Shown piece after piece: positions 26,963 to 39,925 of a stretch of DNA of 64,000 nt (the stretch's first letter is position 1; each line of letters opens with the position of its first letter). The position numbers and the translations under genes are program-made. The stretch lies in contig NC_043010.1 in NCBI RefSeq assembly GCF_006345805.1, forward strand, positions 52,886,001 through 52,950,000, written 5' to 3'. Source of the DNA: Octopus sinensis. Taxonomy: Eukaryota. The notes beneath the pieces are model-generated. The model was not told the DNA's origin. It was given only the letters and a program-made list of their open reading frames with translations, and did not search any database.

Positions 26963-27722
26963 TTTGGGATTTTTATTTCTAGTGCAAGAGTCTATGTGGC
27001 TACTGAGTGGAATTTGACAGTATTGTGGGAGATATATCTGTTCTTTATGGACTGCTACTCTTCTGCGTAAAGGAAGGCACATTTGTCCGATATAATTGTG
27101 TTGGCAACCGGCGCATGTAAGAACATAAATGAAGTTCTCGGAGGAACAAGAGAAGTTGGTTTTGATTTTAAACTTTGTCCCTTGTTTGAAAGTAAATTCA
27201 GAGCCTTCAAGTTGGAAGGGGCAGGTACCACAGTTAGGGCGTGCACATTTTTTAACTGATGGAGGTGCATGTGGTGTGTGAAGTTTGGCATTTTTTAAGA
27301 GTCTTTCAATGATTTATGTCGCCTTTTGCATTTAAAGATTTTATGTGTATTGATAATATTATTCATTTTTGGGTCTGTGGACAGTAAGGGGAGGTTTTGT
27401 ATGATTGTGGTGTATGCTTCGATGTTTTTAGGGTTGAGGGTGGAAATGTATGGAAGTATTTTGAGGTTGGGTGTTTTACTGTGTGGGGTGGTTTTCAGTG
27501 TATTATTGTTGAGTTCCACGGCACATTTTATTCCATAGTCTATGAGTGTGGATTCCACTCAGTAGCCACATAGACTCTTGTGCTATAAATAAAAATCCCA
27601 AATTTCATATATTCCCTTTCTATCAATGTAAAGACAGAATCTCAACACAAGAAAGAATCAACAAGGAGAATCTTTTTATTGAAAAATTCCAACCGCTTCT
27701 TAATACGCAAACTCCACTGTGA
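26963..27722. mobile_element. 5'-inverted Penelope-like retroelement fragment (Cys linker + GIY-YIG endonuclease), degenerate
   Basis: Minus 27551->26963: LPYISTLNP..KRRHKSLK (frameshift) CARPNCGTC..FSCSSENFIYVLTCAGCQHNYIGQ..LRRRVAVHK; plus 27552-27722 continues IPLSSHIDSC..KENLFIEKFQPLLN then stop. Confidence 0.88.
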
Positions 27723-28154
27723 TCGTATTCCTTTTTCTAGCATCCTGTCTGACAAAAATTAGATATAAGCATCCTGTTTGACAAAAAAATCCAGCATTCC
27801 AATTAAAGAGTATAAAATCCGCAGAATTGTCTCCTCTTATTCATATTTCCTGTTTTGACACATAAACATCCAACTTTTTCAAACAAAACACTACACTAAA
27901 ACTCATGCATCCTAATCCTCCAAAGAAGTTTTTCCATAGAATAATATTGAACTCTAAAAGCTTAAAGACACTACAATGTATTGGTATACTTATTTATTAA
28001 TTTTTGTATATTTTTATTATTTTTTTGAAAAAAAAAATTGTAAATTTCTTTTTTCCCCTTCTTCAATTTAAAAATAATTTTTTTCCCTTCCAAATCTTGA
28101 AAATTTGCCTTGCATTGAAAGCTTAATTTATCAACCCCGAAATAATAATAATTA

Positions 28155-28330
28155 CTATTTCAAATTTTTGCCACAAGGGTAGCTTGGGAAAGGTGAGGAC
28201 GAGTCAATTAGATCGACCCCAGTACGCAACTAGTACTTAATTTACCGACCCTGAAAGGATGAAAGGCAAAGTCGACCTCGACGGAATTTGAATTCAGAAC
28301 GTAAAGACAGACGAAATACTACTAAGCATT
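28155..28330 (-). mobile_element. SINE-B
   Basis: GAAAGGATGAAAGGCAAAGTCGACC block. Confidence 0.8.
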
Positions 28331-28504
28331 GTGTTCTTGAGCAGGCACTTCATTTCATGTTGCTCCAGTCCACTCACCTGGCAAAAATGAGTAATCCTGC
28401 GACAGACTGGTGTCCCATCCAGGGGTGAGGAATATATACACCATGGGAACTGGGAAACCAGCCCTTATGAGTCACTATGACTTGAGAAGGTAACTTTACC
28501 TATA

Positions 28505-28995
28505 CACTCTGTGAAGTGGTTGGCATTAGGAAGGGCGTCCAGACAATGGAGCTTGGTGCAGTTATCTGGCATGTAGTTATCTGGTGCAGTTATCAAGTCA
28601 AACCATCCAACCCATGCTAGCATGGAAAACGGATGCTAAACGATGATGATGATGATGTTGACGATGACAATGATGGTGACGATAATGATGATGATGATGA
28701 CGATGACAATGGTGATGATGATGATGATGACGATGATGATGATAATGATGCTGACAATGATGATGATGATGCTGACAACGATGATAATGATGATGATGAT
28801 AAAAATGATGATGATGATGATGACAACGACGACGATGACAATGATGATGAAGATGACAATGATGATGATAAAGATGATGATGACGACGACAACAATGATG
28901 ATGATGACAACGACGATTATGATGATAACAATGATGATGATGATGATGATAAATATGATGATGATGATGCTGATAATGATGTTGGCAACGATGAA
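28505..28995 (+). mobile_element. SINE-D 3' end with expanded, degenerate (GAT)n tail
   Basis: GGAAAACGGATGCTAAAC runs directly into ~350 bp of GAT variants. Confidence 0.75.
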
Positions 28996-30343
28996 AAACA
29001 GCATGGTCATGGTTTGAATGCCTTTGCTTATAAAACACTACCATTATCACCTCCCACCCCACCTCACCAATGCCATCGATGACTTCATTGTTAACGTAAA
29101 AATCAACAATAATCCTTTCCAATTTTGGCAGAAAGCCTAAAAATTTTGAGGGAGGGGGGGCTAGCTGATATCATTCAACCTCAATACACAACTGGTACTT
29201 AATTTATTGACCCTGAGAGGATGAAATGCAAAACTGACTTTCAGGAAATTTGAACTCAGAACACAAAGACAGATGAAAGCAAAATGCCACCAAGGTTGTG
29301 CGGTCCACAGTGCTGACTGACACTGCTACCAGAACTAATGCTACTACCAAGGCCACCACAAAAAGATTACCACTTCCAATACTACCACCAAACACCGCCA
29401 ACACTACCACCACCCCACTGCTACTATCATCGACACCACACCACCACCACCATCACTACCACCAATGCCAAGTCTATCACTGAATAACACTGCTACAAAA
29501 TCAACACTACTACCAATACCACAACAAAAAACTACCAACATCACCCAACACCACCAATACAACAAACATCACATTCACCATCACCACTACTAACACCACC
29601 AACACCACCACCACCACCACCACCACCATTACTAGAACCATCCAAGCACTACAACCACACAACAATATCGCACACCACTAAAGCCAATACACACACCAAC
29701 ACAACCACTGCAGTACAAACACTAGCACCATGGCTATGCTACCACCAGCATCAATACCACCACCACCACCACAATGCTAGCACTGGAACTACCACCTCCA
29801 CCAACCAACCAACCAACCAACCATCCAACCAAACACCTGATTGATCAACCAGAATCTCCAAACATCCATTAATCAAGAGGATGGTAGAAGCGGTGGTAGT
29901 GGTGGTGGTGGTGGTGGTGGTGGTGTCGGTATAAGTGTCAGCGCTGTGGCGTGGCGAGAAGTGTGTGGGGGATGGTTGGGGGGGCTGATGTAATGGAGGG
30001 CGTGATGACGACGGTGTGGTGTTGCCGGGGTCGGTCGACTTTTGTGAAGACTGATGCCAAAAATTGGCTGCAGATTATCACCAAGACACAAACTTACCAC
30101 CACCGCCGCCACCTTCACCACCACCACCACCACCACCACCACCACCACTACCATCACCACCACTACCACCACTACCACCACCACCACTATCATCACCACC
30201 ACCACCACCACCACTTTCGCCATCATCACTGCCATCACTGTCGTTGTCACTACTGCCGCCTCTGCCATCACTATTACCACCACCATCACCTTCATCAACT
30301 CAGCATCATCATTATCTTCATCATCATCATCTGTAGCAGCAGT

Positions 30344-30374
<31 letters not shown>

Positions 30375-30761
30375 AGAGCGTTAATATCACCATCATTATT
30401 ACGCTCATCATTATCATCACCGCCATCATCATCATCAATATCATCATTTAACACAGTTACCAGCATCACCAGAATCCCCCCCCACCAACACCAACACTAC
30501 ACCACCACCACCACAGACACCATTATTGTTATCGTCATCATCAGCAGCAGCAGCAGCGACATCGACATCATCAGTGTCTCTGACACCGCCACCATTACCA
30601 CGAGTGCAAGTGTTGTGCAGTTATTGATTGGCTGTGCAGTGGAATTCTATTGGTGTGGTTTGATTAGCTATACATACATATAACACACACACACACCCAT
30701 TATATATATATACACACACATACATATATGTATATATAAATATATATATATATATATACAC

Positions 30762-30799
<38 letters not shown>

Positions 30800-31774
30800 A
30801 TGTATATGTATATATATATATATGTGTATATATATGTGTATATCATATATATGTATATATATATATATATGTGTATATATGTGTATATATATATATATAT
30901 ATATCATATCATATATATTGTATATATACATACATATATATATATATTATATATATATATATATATTATATATATACACATATGTATATATGTATATATA
31001 TTATATATCATATCATATACATATGTATGTATATATATACACGGTATATAGATATATATATGCATGTATGTATGTATGTATCCACACACACACACAGTTT
31101 GTGTGTACATGCATATATGTCAATAGATATATATATATCCATATACACATATATGTGTGTATACATACATATGTATACTCACATATACAGTCTTCCACCT
31201 CACGCATATATACATATATATATATGTATATATATATATACACACACATATATATATATGCACATGTACATATGTGTTTGTTTAAATGCAAAAACACACA
31301 CACATACATAGACGCAACTACTCATACAGAAATTTTAGCAACCTAGTTTGATTAGCTGTACAGGAACCTACATCCATCCATATATGTACACACACACACA
31401 CACACACATAGACACACACACCTTGGACACACTGATCTGTACACATACGCATACACCTACACGCCAGAACACTTGAGTTGGTTAGAGAATAAATTGGTAT
31501 AACTAGACTGTACACTTGATTAGATGTCGCGTATTTTACTGCACCGAACAGTACAATTTTGTACCTAGTATGATTACATTGCATTCTGCAGTGCAGCAGA
31601 AAATTCTTACTGCTCTTGTTGTTGTTGTTGTTGCTGTTGTTGTTGTTTAACCCCAGGTTAAAACCCTGATAGAACAGACCTATGATCAAAGATGTTCCAA
31701 GCAGGAACAACTTGTCTTTTCAGAAAGGCAATTTGGATCCCATAGTCTAAGACTCCAATGTCTAATGTGCCCTA

Positions 31775-32170
31775 TACTCTTTACTCTTTTACTTGTTTCA
31801 GTCATTTGACTGCGGCCATGCTGGAGCACCGCCTTTAATCGAGCAACTCGACACCCGGGACTTATTCTTTTGTAAGCCCAGTACTTATTCTATCGGTCCC
31901 GTTTGCCGAACCGCTAAGTTATGGAGGACATAAACACACCAGCATCGGTTGTCAAGCAATGCTAGGGGGACAAACACAGACACACACACATAGATGCATA
32001 TATACACATATACGACGGGCTTCTGTCAGTTTCCGTCTACCAAATCCACTCACAAGGCTTTGGTCGGCCTGAGGCTACAGTAGAAGACACTTGCCCAAGG
32101 TGCCACGCAGTGGGACTGAACCCGGAACCATGTGGTTGGTAAACAAGCTACTTACCACACAGCCACTCCT
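31775..32170 (-). mobile_element. SINE-A, full length, CpG-rich
   Basis: Reverse match to 35498-35907. Confidence 0.9.
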
Positions 32171-32179
32171 TTTTTGTTT

Positions 32180-32808
32180 TTAACTCTTTCATTACCAACC
32201 TGGCTGAAACCGGCTCTGGCTCTGAGTACAAATGTCTTTTTTTCAGAAGCTCTGAACTAAAATCTTCCACCTCAAACCTTAGTCACAATTTATGTTCCTA
32301 AAACTAGCTGAATGATAACTAAGTTATATTACTAAATTCTTTGTTATATTTAGAACTAGCAGTATCGCCCGGCGTTGCTCGGGTTTGTAAGGGAAATAAC
32401 TATATAAGCATTTTTAGAGAGTTATAGCCAAAAAATAGCAAAAAAATGCATGAAAAATGGAAAAAAAATGATGGTAAATTTTTTTTTAAATCGTTGACTC
32501 ATCGTAGACATTTTTAGAGAGTTACTTCCCTTATATAATAGCGAAGAAAATGCATTAAAATGGAAAAAAATGATGGTAATTTTTTTTTTAAATCATAGAC
32601 TCATCGTAGACGCGCGCTAATACCCAGAAGGGCTTGATATGAATCACGACTATAAGATACCCGGTTTTGGTTAAACTGCACCGCAAAATGTGGGAGTAGT
32701 TAGGAATCTAAATCGTAGGAGACAGACACACAACTTCTCTTTTATATATAAAGATTGATTAAAAGAAACACAGAGCAATTCAAAATAAATACAGTAATGA
32801 AAGGGTTA
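32180..32808. mobile_element. piggyBac-like MITE split by a Helitron
   Basis: Halves 32180-32355 and 32755-32808 rejoin to match 4908-5135. Confidence 0.85.
32356..32754 (-). mobile_element. Non-autonomous Helitron
   Basis: 5' TC, CCCGAGCAACGCCGGG hairpin, 3' CTAG; A|T insertion without TSD shown by the empty site in the 4912 MITE. Confidence 0.9.
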
Positions 32809-33190
32809 AGGTTTGATTTGAAAAGAGATTTGGTTACTATATCTAGCAAATCACGTAACCATGAAGAGCTGGAACAGATAGTGAAACACACCTTGCCTAC
32901 CTCTCTAAAATTTCTGCCACTCGACTGTTTTGGATACTCTGTTACCCTCTTTTACTTATTTCCTTTCATTGTTTGGATCCAAATGGATTCTAATTGAGCA
33001 GAGGGCGCCCCTACGACTTCGTTTGTATTTGAGAGCCCAAAACGAGACAAGGATTGCAATTATGCAATTCGTATCCAACACTTTCATTCGTTTGTTTTTA
33101 TATAAATATATTTTTAAAAGCATTATAGGCCATGATAGATCGTTAGGTCCTACACGCATTTTTTTCTCTCCTTGTTTTTTTTTCTGTGTA

Positions 33191-33228
33191 TCTTTCTGTC
33201 GAAGAGCGTAGGCTCGAAACGTAAAAGA
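33191..33228 (+). ncRNA. Minimal type I hammerhead ribozyme motif (A6U core variant)
   Basis: TCTTT-CTGTCGA-A-GAGC-GTAG-GCTC-GAA-ACGT-A-AAAGA: stem I 5 bp, stem II 4 bp, palindromic stem III, GUA triplet. Confidence 0.65.
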
Positions 33229-33419
33229 CTTTTTCTATTTCTATTCCTGAGCGCCATACTAATACATTTGTTTGTTTGTACTCCACCTGCCTTCGTCTTT
33301 TGTTTATTTTCGTAAACTTTCCCTTTATATTTTTAAAAGCTTGATACGGTGTATGATTGGAAGAATTTTGAGCTGCTGTTTCTAGCATGTGCAGTGAGTA
33401 CGTAGAGGCTCCGTTTATA

Positions 33420-33828
33420 GTAGAATTGTTGGAAGAGGTTCTGGTGGCGGCGGCGGTGATGTTGATGTGTGTGTGTGTGTGTGACGGGGTACATAAATAT
33501 ATAAATGAGTTAGAAAAACCGGGAGGGGTGAAGAGTTCAGAGAACAGCTGGCTTTTTTTCTTTTAATTGCTTTTTTTTCCCCTTTTATTTTCTATACTGG
33601 TGAGAGAGAGAAAGAGAAAGAGAGAGAGAGGACGGTCTGGTGGGAGTTAATAATGCTGTAAATAGTGGTGGTGGAGGCGGACGTCGCCGTCGTCGTCATG
33701 ACGCTGATGATTATGGTGGTGGTGGTTGGCGTACAGATAGTCGAGAAGTTCAATGCAATGCCAGCGTATCTATATATGTATATACATGTTTATATACGTA
33801 TATATGTATTTATGTATGTACGTACGTA

Positions 33829-33869
<41 letters not shown>

Positions 33870-34240
33870 AAGAGCCTTTGTTGTAAGAACATGTATGTGT
33901 ATTTGCTTGTATACATATATATGTATGATTGAATTTTATATAAGCGCAGTTAAGAGCCGATAGGAGAGTAGGAGCAGTATGAGAAAGAGTAAGGAGCAGT
34001 ATGAGAAAGAGTAAGGAGCAGTATGAGAAAGAGTAAGAGGAGTAAAACGGCCAAGGATAAGTAGTGGTGGTGCCGCAAGTCCAGGGAGAGAGAAAACGAG
34101 AGAGCGAACGTGTACGAGTGTGTGCGTGCGCGCGTACGTTTGAGTGCATATCGAGCGTCGGTTTACGATGTGGCGGGCAGGTATCTTTAGGCGGAACAAA
34201 CACATTATCAACACACATACACACACACACTAACGTACTT
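33420..34240. promoter_or_regulatory. CpG-rich unique segment, possible promoter or 5' UTR
   Basis: Dense CpG (CGCCGTCGTCG, GCGTGCGCGCG, GGCGGG) outside known repeats; includes ~3 copies of a 22-bp repeat near 33965-34035. Confidence 0.3.
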
Positions 34241-34331
34241 TTATATTGTCAGGCAGTACGTTCTCTCGGTTCTGCCGTAAGACCGGTCAGAATAGGACCG
34301 ATGGTTTCATGCCAATATATGAATATATATA

Positions 34332-34554
34332 TAATACTAAGTAATTAAGGGTTTAGCAACGATTTGCCTCACCACACACCGAATTTAGAAATAGCAGTCA
34401 AAGAGTTATGGCTATTCTTTCTACTTAAAAGGGAGATCTCAGTAAAACTACAGCACTTTAAGTAGAAAGAATAGCCATAACTCTTTGACTGCTATTTCTA
34501 AATTCGGTGTGTGGTGAGGCAAATCGTTGCTAAACCCTTAATTACTTAGTATTA
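34332..34554. repeat. Perfect ~97-bp inverted repeat with ~27-nt spacer
   Basis: Arms TAATACTAAG..TACTTAAA / TTTAAGTA..CTTAGTATTA. Confidence 0.9.
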
Positions 34555-35497
34555 CTTAAACCTTCCTTGAATGGGGCTTTTACATGCCGAAATCTACTTG
34601 GTGAAATTAATGATTATTCCAAATTAATTAATTTCACCCTATATTATTATTGATAATTATATATATATATATATATACAAATGGAGTTAAACGCAGGTGT
34701 CATTCAAATTCTTTTACTTCCGACACATGTTTCGAAGATATCACTAGTTATTATTCCAAAGGAATAAAATGGTGTACTCTACTTTGATCTGTCCCATTCT
34801 CTCTCCCCCTCTCTCTACTTCTCCTCCTTTTCTCTTTTCTTGCCTCTGATTCTTTGGTCTACTCTTCCCACTCTCTCACAATTCTCTGTCTTTCTCACTT
34901 TGCACTCACTAGCCAATCCTTGGCACGCACTCTTTCTTCTCCCTTCTTTCTCTCTCTTCTCTCCCCCCTTTGTTGCCTTCGTCCCTCTTTCTCTCTCTCT
35001 CTTTGTTTCCTTTGCCCCCTTTCTTTTCTCTCTCTTCATCACATGACCGCTGGTCAAAATCAGCCTTTTGGCCTCCAACCACTGCCGTGAGAACATCGTT
35101 GTCTTCGTCTGCCGATAAAGGCATTATTTCCAAATACGCCAGCTAAACTTGTTGTACTGTTTATTAGTTGTAAGACACCCGCTGTTTTTGTCCTGTTTTT
35201 ACCATTATTGTTTTTTGTATTTTATATTCATGTGGCATCGTCCGTTTTTCTGTCCATGTTTCGTATACATTCGATCCTTCTTCCAAGAAATCTAATGCTC
35301 GTAGCTTAGTTTTTCCTTGGGGCTGGCCGGATCGGAGCGATCTCAAGATTAATCAGCCGAAATTGCTAGGATGGTCCGGTTCTTGACTGAAGATTGAAGG
35401 CTTCGAATGTCCCGTCCGCATTTTTTGTATCGTCTTCTAAATGTTTTATGTTCTTGTCCCAGTTTGTATTTTTCTACATATTTATATATATATATAT

Positions 35498-35907
35498 AGG
35501 CGCAGGAGTGGCTGTGTGGTAAGTAGCTTGCTAACCAATCACATGGTTCCGGGTTCAGTCCCACTGTGTGGCATCTTGGGCGAGTGTCTTCTGCTATAGC
35601 CCCGGGCTGACCAATGCCTTGTGAGTGGATTTAGTAGACGGAAACTGAAAGAAGCCTGTCGTATATATGTATATATATATATATGTGTATGTGTGTGTGT
35701 CTGTGTTTGTCCCCCTAGCATTGCTTGACAACCAATGCTGCTGTATTTACGTCCCCGTCACTTAGCGGTTCGGCAAAAGAGACCGATAGAATAAGTACTG
35801 GGCTTACAAAGAATAAGTCCCGGGGTCGATTTGCTCGACTAAAGGCGGTGCTCCAGCATGGCTGCAGTCAAATGACTGAAACAAGTAAAAGAGTAAAGAG
35901 TAAAGAG
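35498..35907 (+). mobile_element. SINE-A reference copy (tRNA head, CORE-like block, internal (TA)/(TG), AAAGAGT-repeat tail)
   Basis: A-box TGGCTGTGTGG, B-box GGTTCAGTCC, GGCATCTTGGGCGAGT resembling the CORE domain; about 20 full or partial copies in the window. Confidence 0.9.
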
Positions 35908-35929
35908 TATATATATATATATATATAGG

Positions 35930-36247
35930 AGAGTATTGTAGTTTGCTTGAAGCATTGTGTATTGTTTGTAAAGAATAACAAGTTTTGAATGGTGCAACAA
36001 TGCACTATAACACAAACAATGGGCTATGTACCTGTTGTAATTTAGTCATCCATAATCTGATAATATTTCGGAATAAAATTCCTTCTTTAGATATTTTTAG
36101 ATGGAGTCACTGCATCTAAGAATATCTGAAGAAGGAATTTTATTCCGAAATATTATCAGATTATGGATGACTAAATTACAACAGCTAAATAGCCCATTGT
36201 TTGTGTTATAGTGCATTGTTGTACCATTCAAAACCTTATATTCTTTT
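35930..36247 (-). mobile_element. Fold-back element with canonical hammerhead core (family P4)
   Basis: ~130-bp arms; CTGAAGA-A-GGAAT-TTT-ATTCC-GAA-ATAT-T at 36126-36154; flanked by TA-rich repeats. Confidence 0.72.
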
Positions 36248-36393
36248 TATATACATACATACATACATGCATATATATATATATTTATATATATATGTGT
36301 GTGTGTGTATATATATATATATGTGCATATGTATATGTATATATCTATATATATATGTGTATATATATATGTATATATATATATATGTATATA

Positions 36394-36433
<40 letters not shown>

Positions 36434-38404
36434 TATCCAATATACTGCTGGTATAATACCCAATTATTAATACACAAGTGTTTTTAATTGCATTGCAATT
36501 AACTTACCTAGTGTATTAAATGGGTGATGGTAAAGAGATATTTTACCATTAGTTTATGGAGCAATAAGAAAATGGAGGGGATCAATAGGTGGTATTTATC
36601 AACTTTTAGACATTATATTATGTCAACTTATTTATTTATTTACTAAAATGACAATCACAAGAATATACATACATGCATAACATATTATGCTTTACATATA
36701 AAATATATTAATATATAAAGATACCAGTAATTATTAAAATATAACATACAGGAATAGAAATTGGGAAAATATCTTACAGCTGTTTCAGCCAAGAGGCAAA
36801 ATTACCTCATTCTACCTTTATTCCTCCAGTAGACTGAAGTAATAAGTAGATGAAATCGAGGTACTTGGGTGTTTCTCTAGGCTTAAAAGGACTAAAAGCT
36901 TGAAGTGAAAATGTTCACAAGCCATATTGTACACAGATAAGCATATAAAGCCTATTGCATAACATGGTTTGCACATTCCTGTAGCAACTAACATGACAAA
37001 CAAAGGTGCATGCAGCAAGAAGTATTTCCTAATACTTCTGAGATAGTTTTCGTTTGCAGCAGGAAGTGCAACATATGCTGCTTGACTTCCACAATGATAA
37101 CAATGAAATATAATGTAAAATAACAGAGCAGCTGCAAAGTAAGCTAGAGAGACATCGAATCTGGACGTGTTTGAAGTGTGTGTTGTGATACATAGGAGCA
37201 GTTGTGACTGTTTGAGTAAAAAGCTTTGCTTCCTAACCATGTGGTCTTGGTTTCAATTCCACTGTGCGGAACTTTGGCTAAGTATTTTCTAATAATAGTA
37301 CAAGGCTGACCAAAGGGTTGGGAATGAATTTGGTAGCTGGAAACTGAAAGAAGCCCGTTGTATATATTCTTTTATTCTTTCATTTGTTTCAGTCATTTGA
37401 CTGTGGCCATGCTGGAGATGTTTCGACCAGAGCAGGCAAGCTGGGGAGCTGCACCAGACTCCAGTCTGTTTTGGCATGGTTTCCATGGCTGGATACCCTT
37501 CCTAATGCCAACCCCTTTACAACATGTGTTGGGTGCTTTTACGGGGCACGACGAGAGTGATTTTACATGGTGCCACACAGGTGCTTTTAGGTGGCACTCC
37601 CACAAGTGCTTTACACCACTAGGGGTATCAGTCTTGACACTTCAGATGTGGAGTATGGGTCTTCTTGAGTAAAGCCAAGTGCCAGGCATCTCAGCCCTTT
37701 GCCATCTTGCCTGAAAGGCTCGGCATCCTTCAAATTATTCTGTCAAATTTAATCCTTATATTTTCACTTCACCTGAGTACTGAAGTGAATAAAATAAGCA
37801 TTAAATTTGATGGAATAATCTCAATGCTAAGGGGTTAAAACTACAAAGCCCAAACAGGAAGAAAAGCCCAACAGTGTTAAGGGCCAGTTTACATGACCAC
37901 TTGAGGGTCTTCTGCTCTTCCTCATGACCCTCATGCATGAAGAAATTGCTATCATAACCAGTTGAAATGTGATTTAGTTTCACAACCGGGCTAGGTCTAT
38001 TATTACCTGTTGCAATGCGACTGCAATTCCATATCTGGACTTAACTTATTCTTTTCTACTTTAGGCACAAGGCCCAAAATTTGGGGGGAGAAGGCCAGTC
38101 GATTAGATCAGCCCAGTAGGCAACTGGTACTTAATTTATCAACCCTGAAAAGCAAAGTCAACCTTGGCAGAATTTGAACTCAGAATATAAGGACAGATGA
38201 AATACCGCTAACCATTTCACCCAGCATGCTAACGTTTCTGCCAGCTTTATTGCCCACAAGGGGCTAAACATAGAGGGGACAAACAAGGACAGACAAAGGG
38301 GTTAAGTCAATTACATTGACCCCAGTACGTAACTGGTACTTAATTTATCAACCCCAAAAGGATGAAAGGCAAATTCGACCTATTATTATTATTATTATTA
38401 TTAC

Positions 38405-38447
<43 letters not shown>

Positions 38448-38880
38448 GAGTGAGAGAGCAGTTCATGCCATCAAAGTGACACTGGGGTAAAATATACGAA
38501 GCCCAATATACCCATCATGACTACCTGTCTGATAAGGGCACACCAGGCACATGCATCACAACCATATGTGCGCGACATGGTGATCTCATATCAAGATAAA
38601 CAGCTCATGACCTTGCAGGTGGGGCCCAGTTAGAATTTTCTTCAGGTTGAGTAGCCCATCCCGCTCAAGCGGTCCCTCAATAAGGGTTGTTTAAGGATGT
38701 TGAAAGAACCACCCATGTTTCCAGAGGTGAATCATTCAAACCCCAAAGAATCCCTCTCAACACATGGCTATGATGCTCCCCCACTACTTCTGCTCGTGAT
38801 CAGAGATGCACATATCGTCAGCCACTAAGGGACATGCTCAACTGGTTAAGGTCAAACAACTGACAAGCAAATCTATGGTA
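38448..38880 (-). mobile_element. (AAT)n-embedded element, truncated copy
   Basis: Matches 43170-43723; (ATT)n on both sides. Confidence 0.8.
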
Positions 38881-38881
38881 T

Positions 38882-38922
<41 letters not shown>

Positions 38923-38939
38923 GTTATTATTATTACAGC

Positions 38940-39150
38940 ACCGAGCTGGCAGAATCGTTAGCACGCTGAGCGAAATGCTTAGTGGTATTTCGCTTGTTTT
39001 CATGTTCTGAGTTCAAATACCGCTGGGATCAACTTTGCCTTTCATTCTTTCCAGGTCGATAAATTAAGTACCAGTTATGTACTGGGTTCAATCTAACCGA
39101 CTGGTCCCCCTCCCCCCAAATTTCGGACCTTGTGCCTAGAGTAGAAATTA
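38940..39150 (+). mobile_element. SINE-B with (ATT)n tail
   Basis: GAGCTGGCAGAATCGTTAGC head, GAGTTCAAAT B-box, CCTTGTGCCTAGAGTAGAA end. Confidence 0.85.
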
Positions 39151-39160
39151 TTATTATTAT

Positions 39161-39193
<33 letters not shown>

Positions 39194-39208
39194 TAATAAT
39201 TATTATTA

Positions 39209-39253
<45 letters not shown>

Positions 39254-39679
39254 ATGTTTACTTTGCTTAATGTCACCTTTCGTCCCCTACTCCCTTCTTA
39301 GCTTTATCTTGGCTTCTGTATATATATATTATATATATATATATACTCTCCCACCTCACCTCACCTCAACTCCTTCCACTCCTACTCTTTCTCAAGTCTC
39401 CACGCTCAACCTTCTGTTTACTTTTCCCCTCTCCCTCCTCTTTCACCACTACCACCACACCTTTTTAACCATTCAGCTGCAGCTACAGAAAGAACAATGG
39501 AAACCCCCCCCCCCCCGAGTATAAACAGCTACATGCAGGCACACAGACATATCAATGCTCACACAACACAACCACACATACTCACAGACAGGCAAAGTCA
39601 TTGGAATGTACTCGCTAAATTAGTATAACTTCATGAAAATAGATACTACACATAGATTACTATAACAGTTATACATACA

Positions 39680-39925
39680 CTCTTGAATGCGCATCCAGGC
39701 TCAGCGGTTGTGTAGGAAGTCGGCAACAAGAAACAGGAAGCAAGAGTGAGAGAAAGTTGTGGCGAAAGAGTACAACAGGGGTCACCACCACCCCGCTGCT
39801 GGAGCCTCGTGGAGCTTTTAGGTGTTTTCGCTCAATAAACACACACAACGCCCGGTCTGGGAATCGAAACCGCGATCCTCCGACCACATGTCCGCTGCCC
39901 TAACCACTGGGCCATTGCGCCTCCA
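39680..39925 (-). mobile_element. SINE-C variant
   Basis: Reverse match to the 41753 head and body. Confidence 0.8.

Noticed and set aside
30092-30469. Minus-strand GTAAGT donor ending a low-complexity ORF
   Set aside because: Encoded peptide is poly-D/A/V from trinucleotide repeats; could be UTR but cannot be supported
37058-37138. Plus-strand exon with AG/GT boundaries
   Set aside because: In-frame stop in the protein-like frame and no other support
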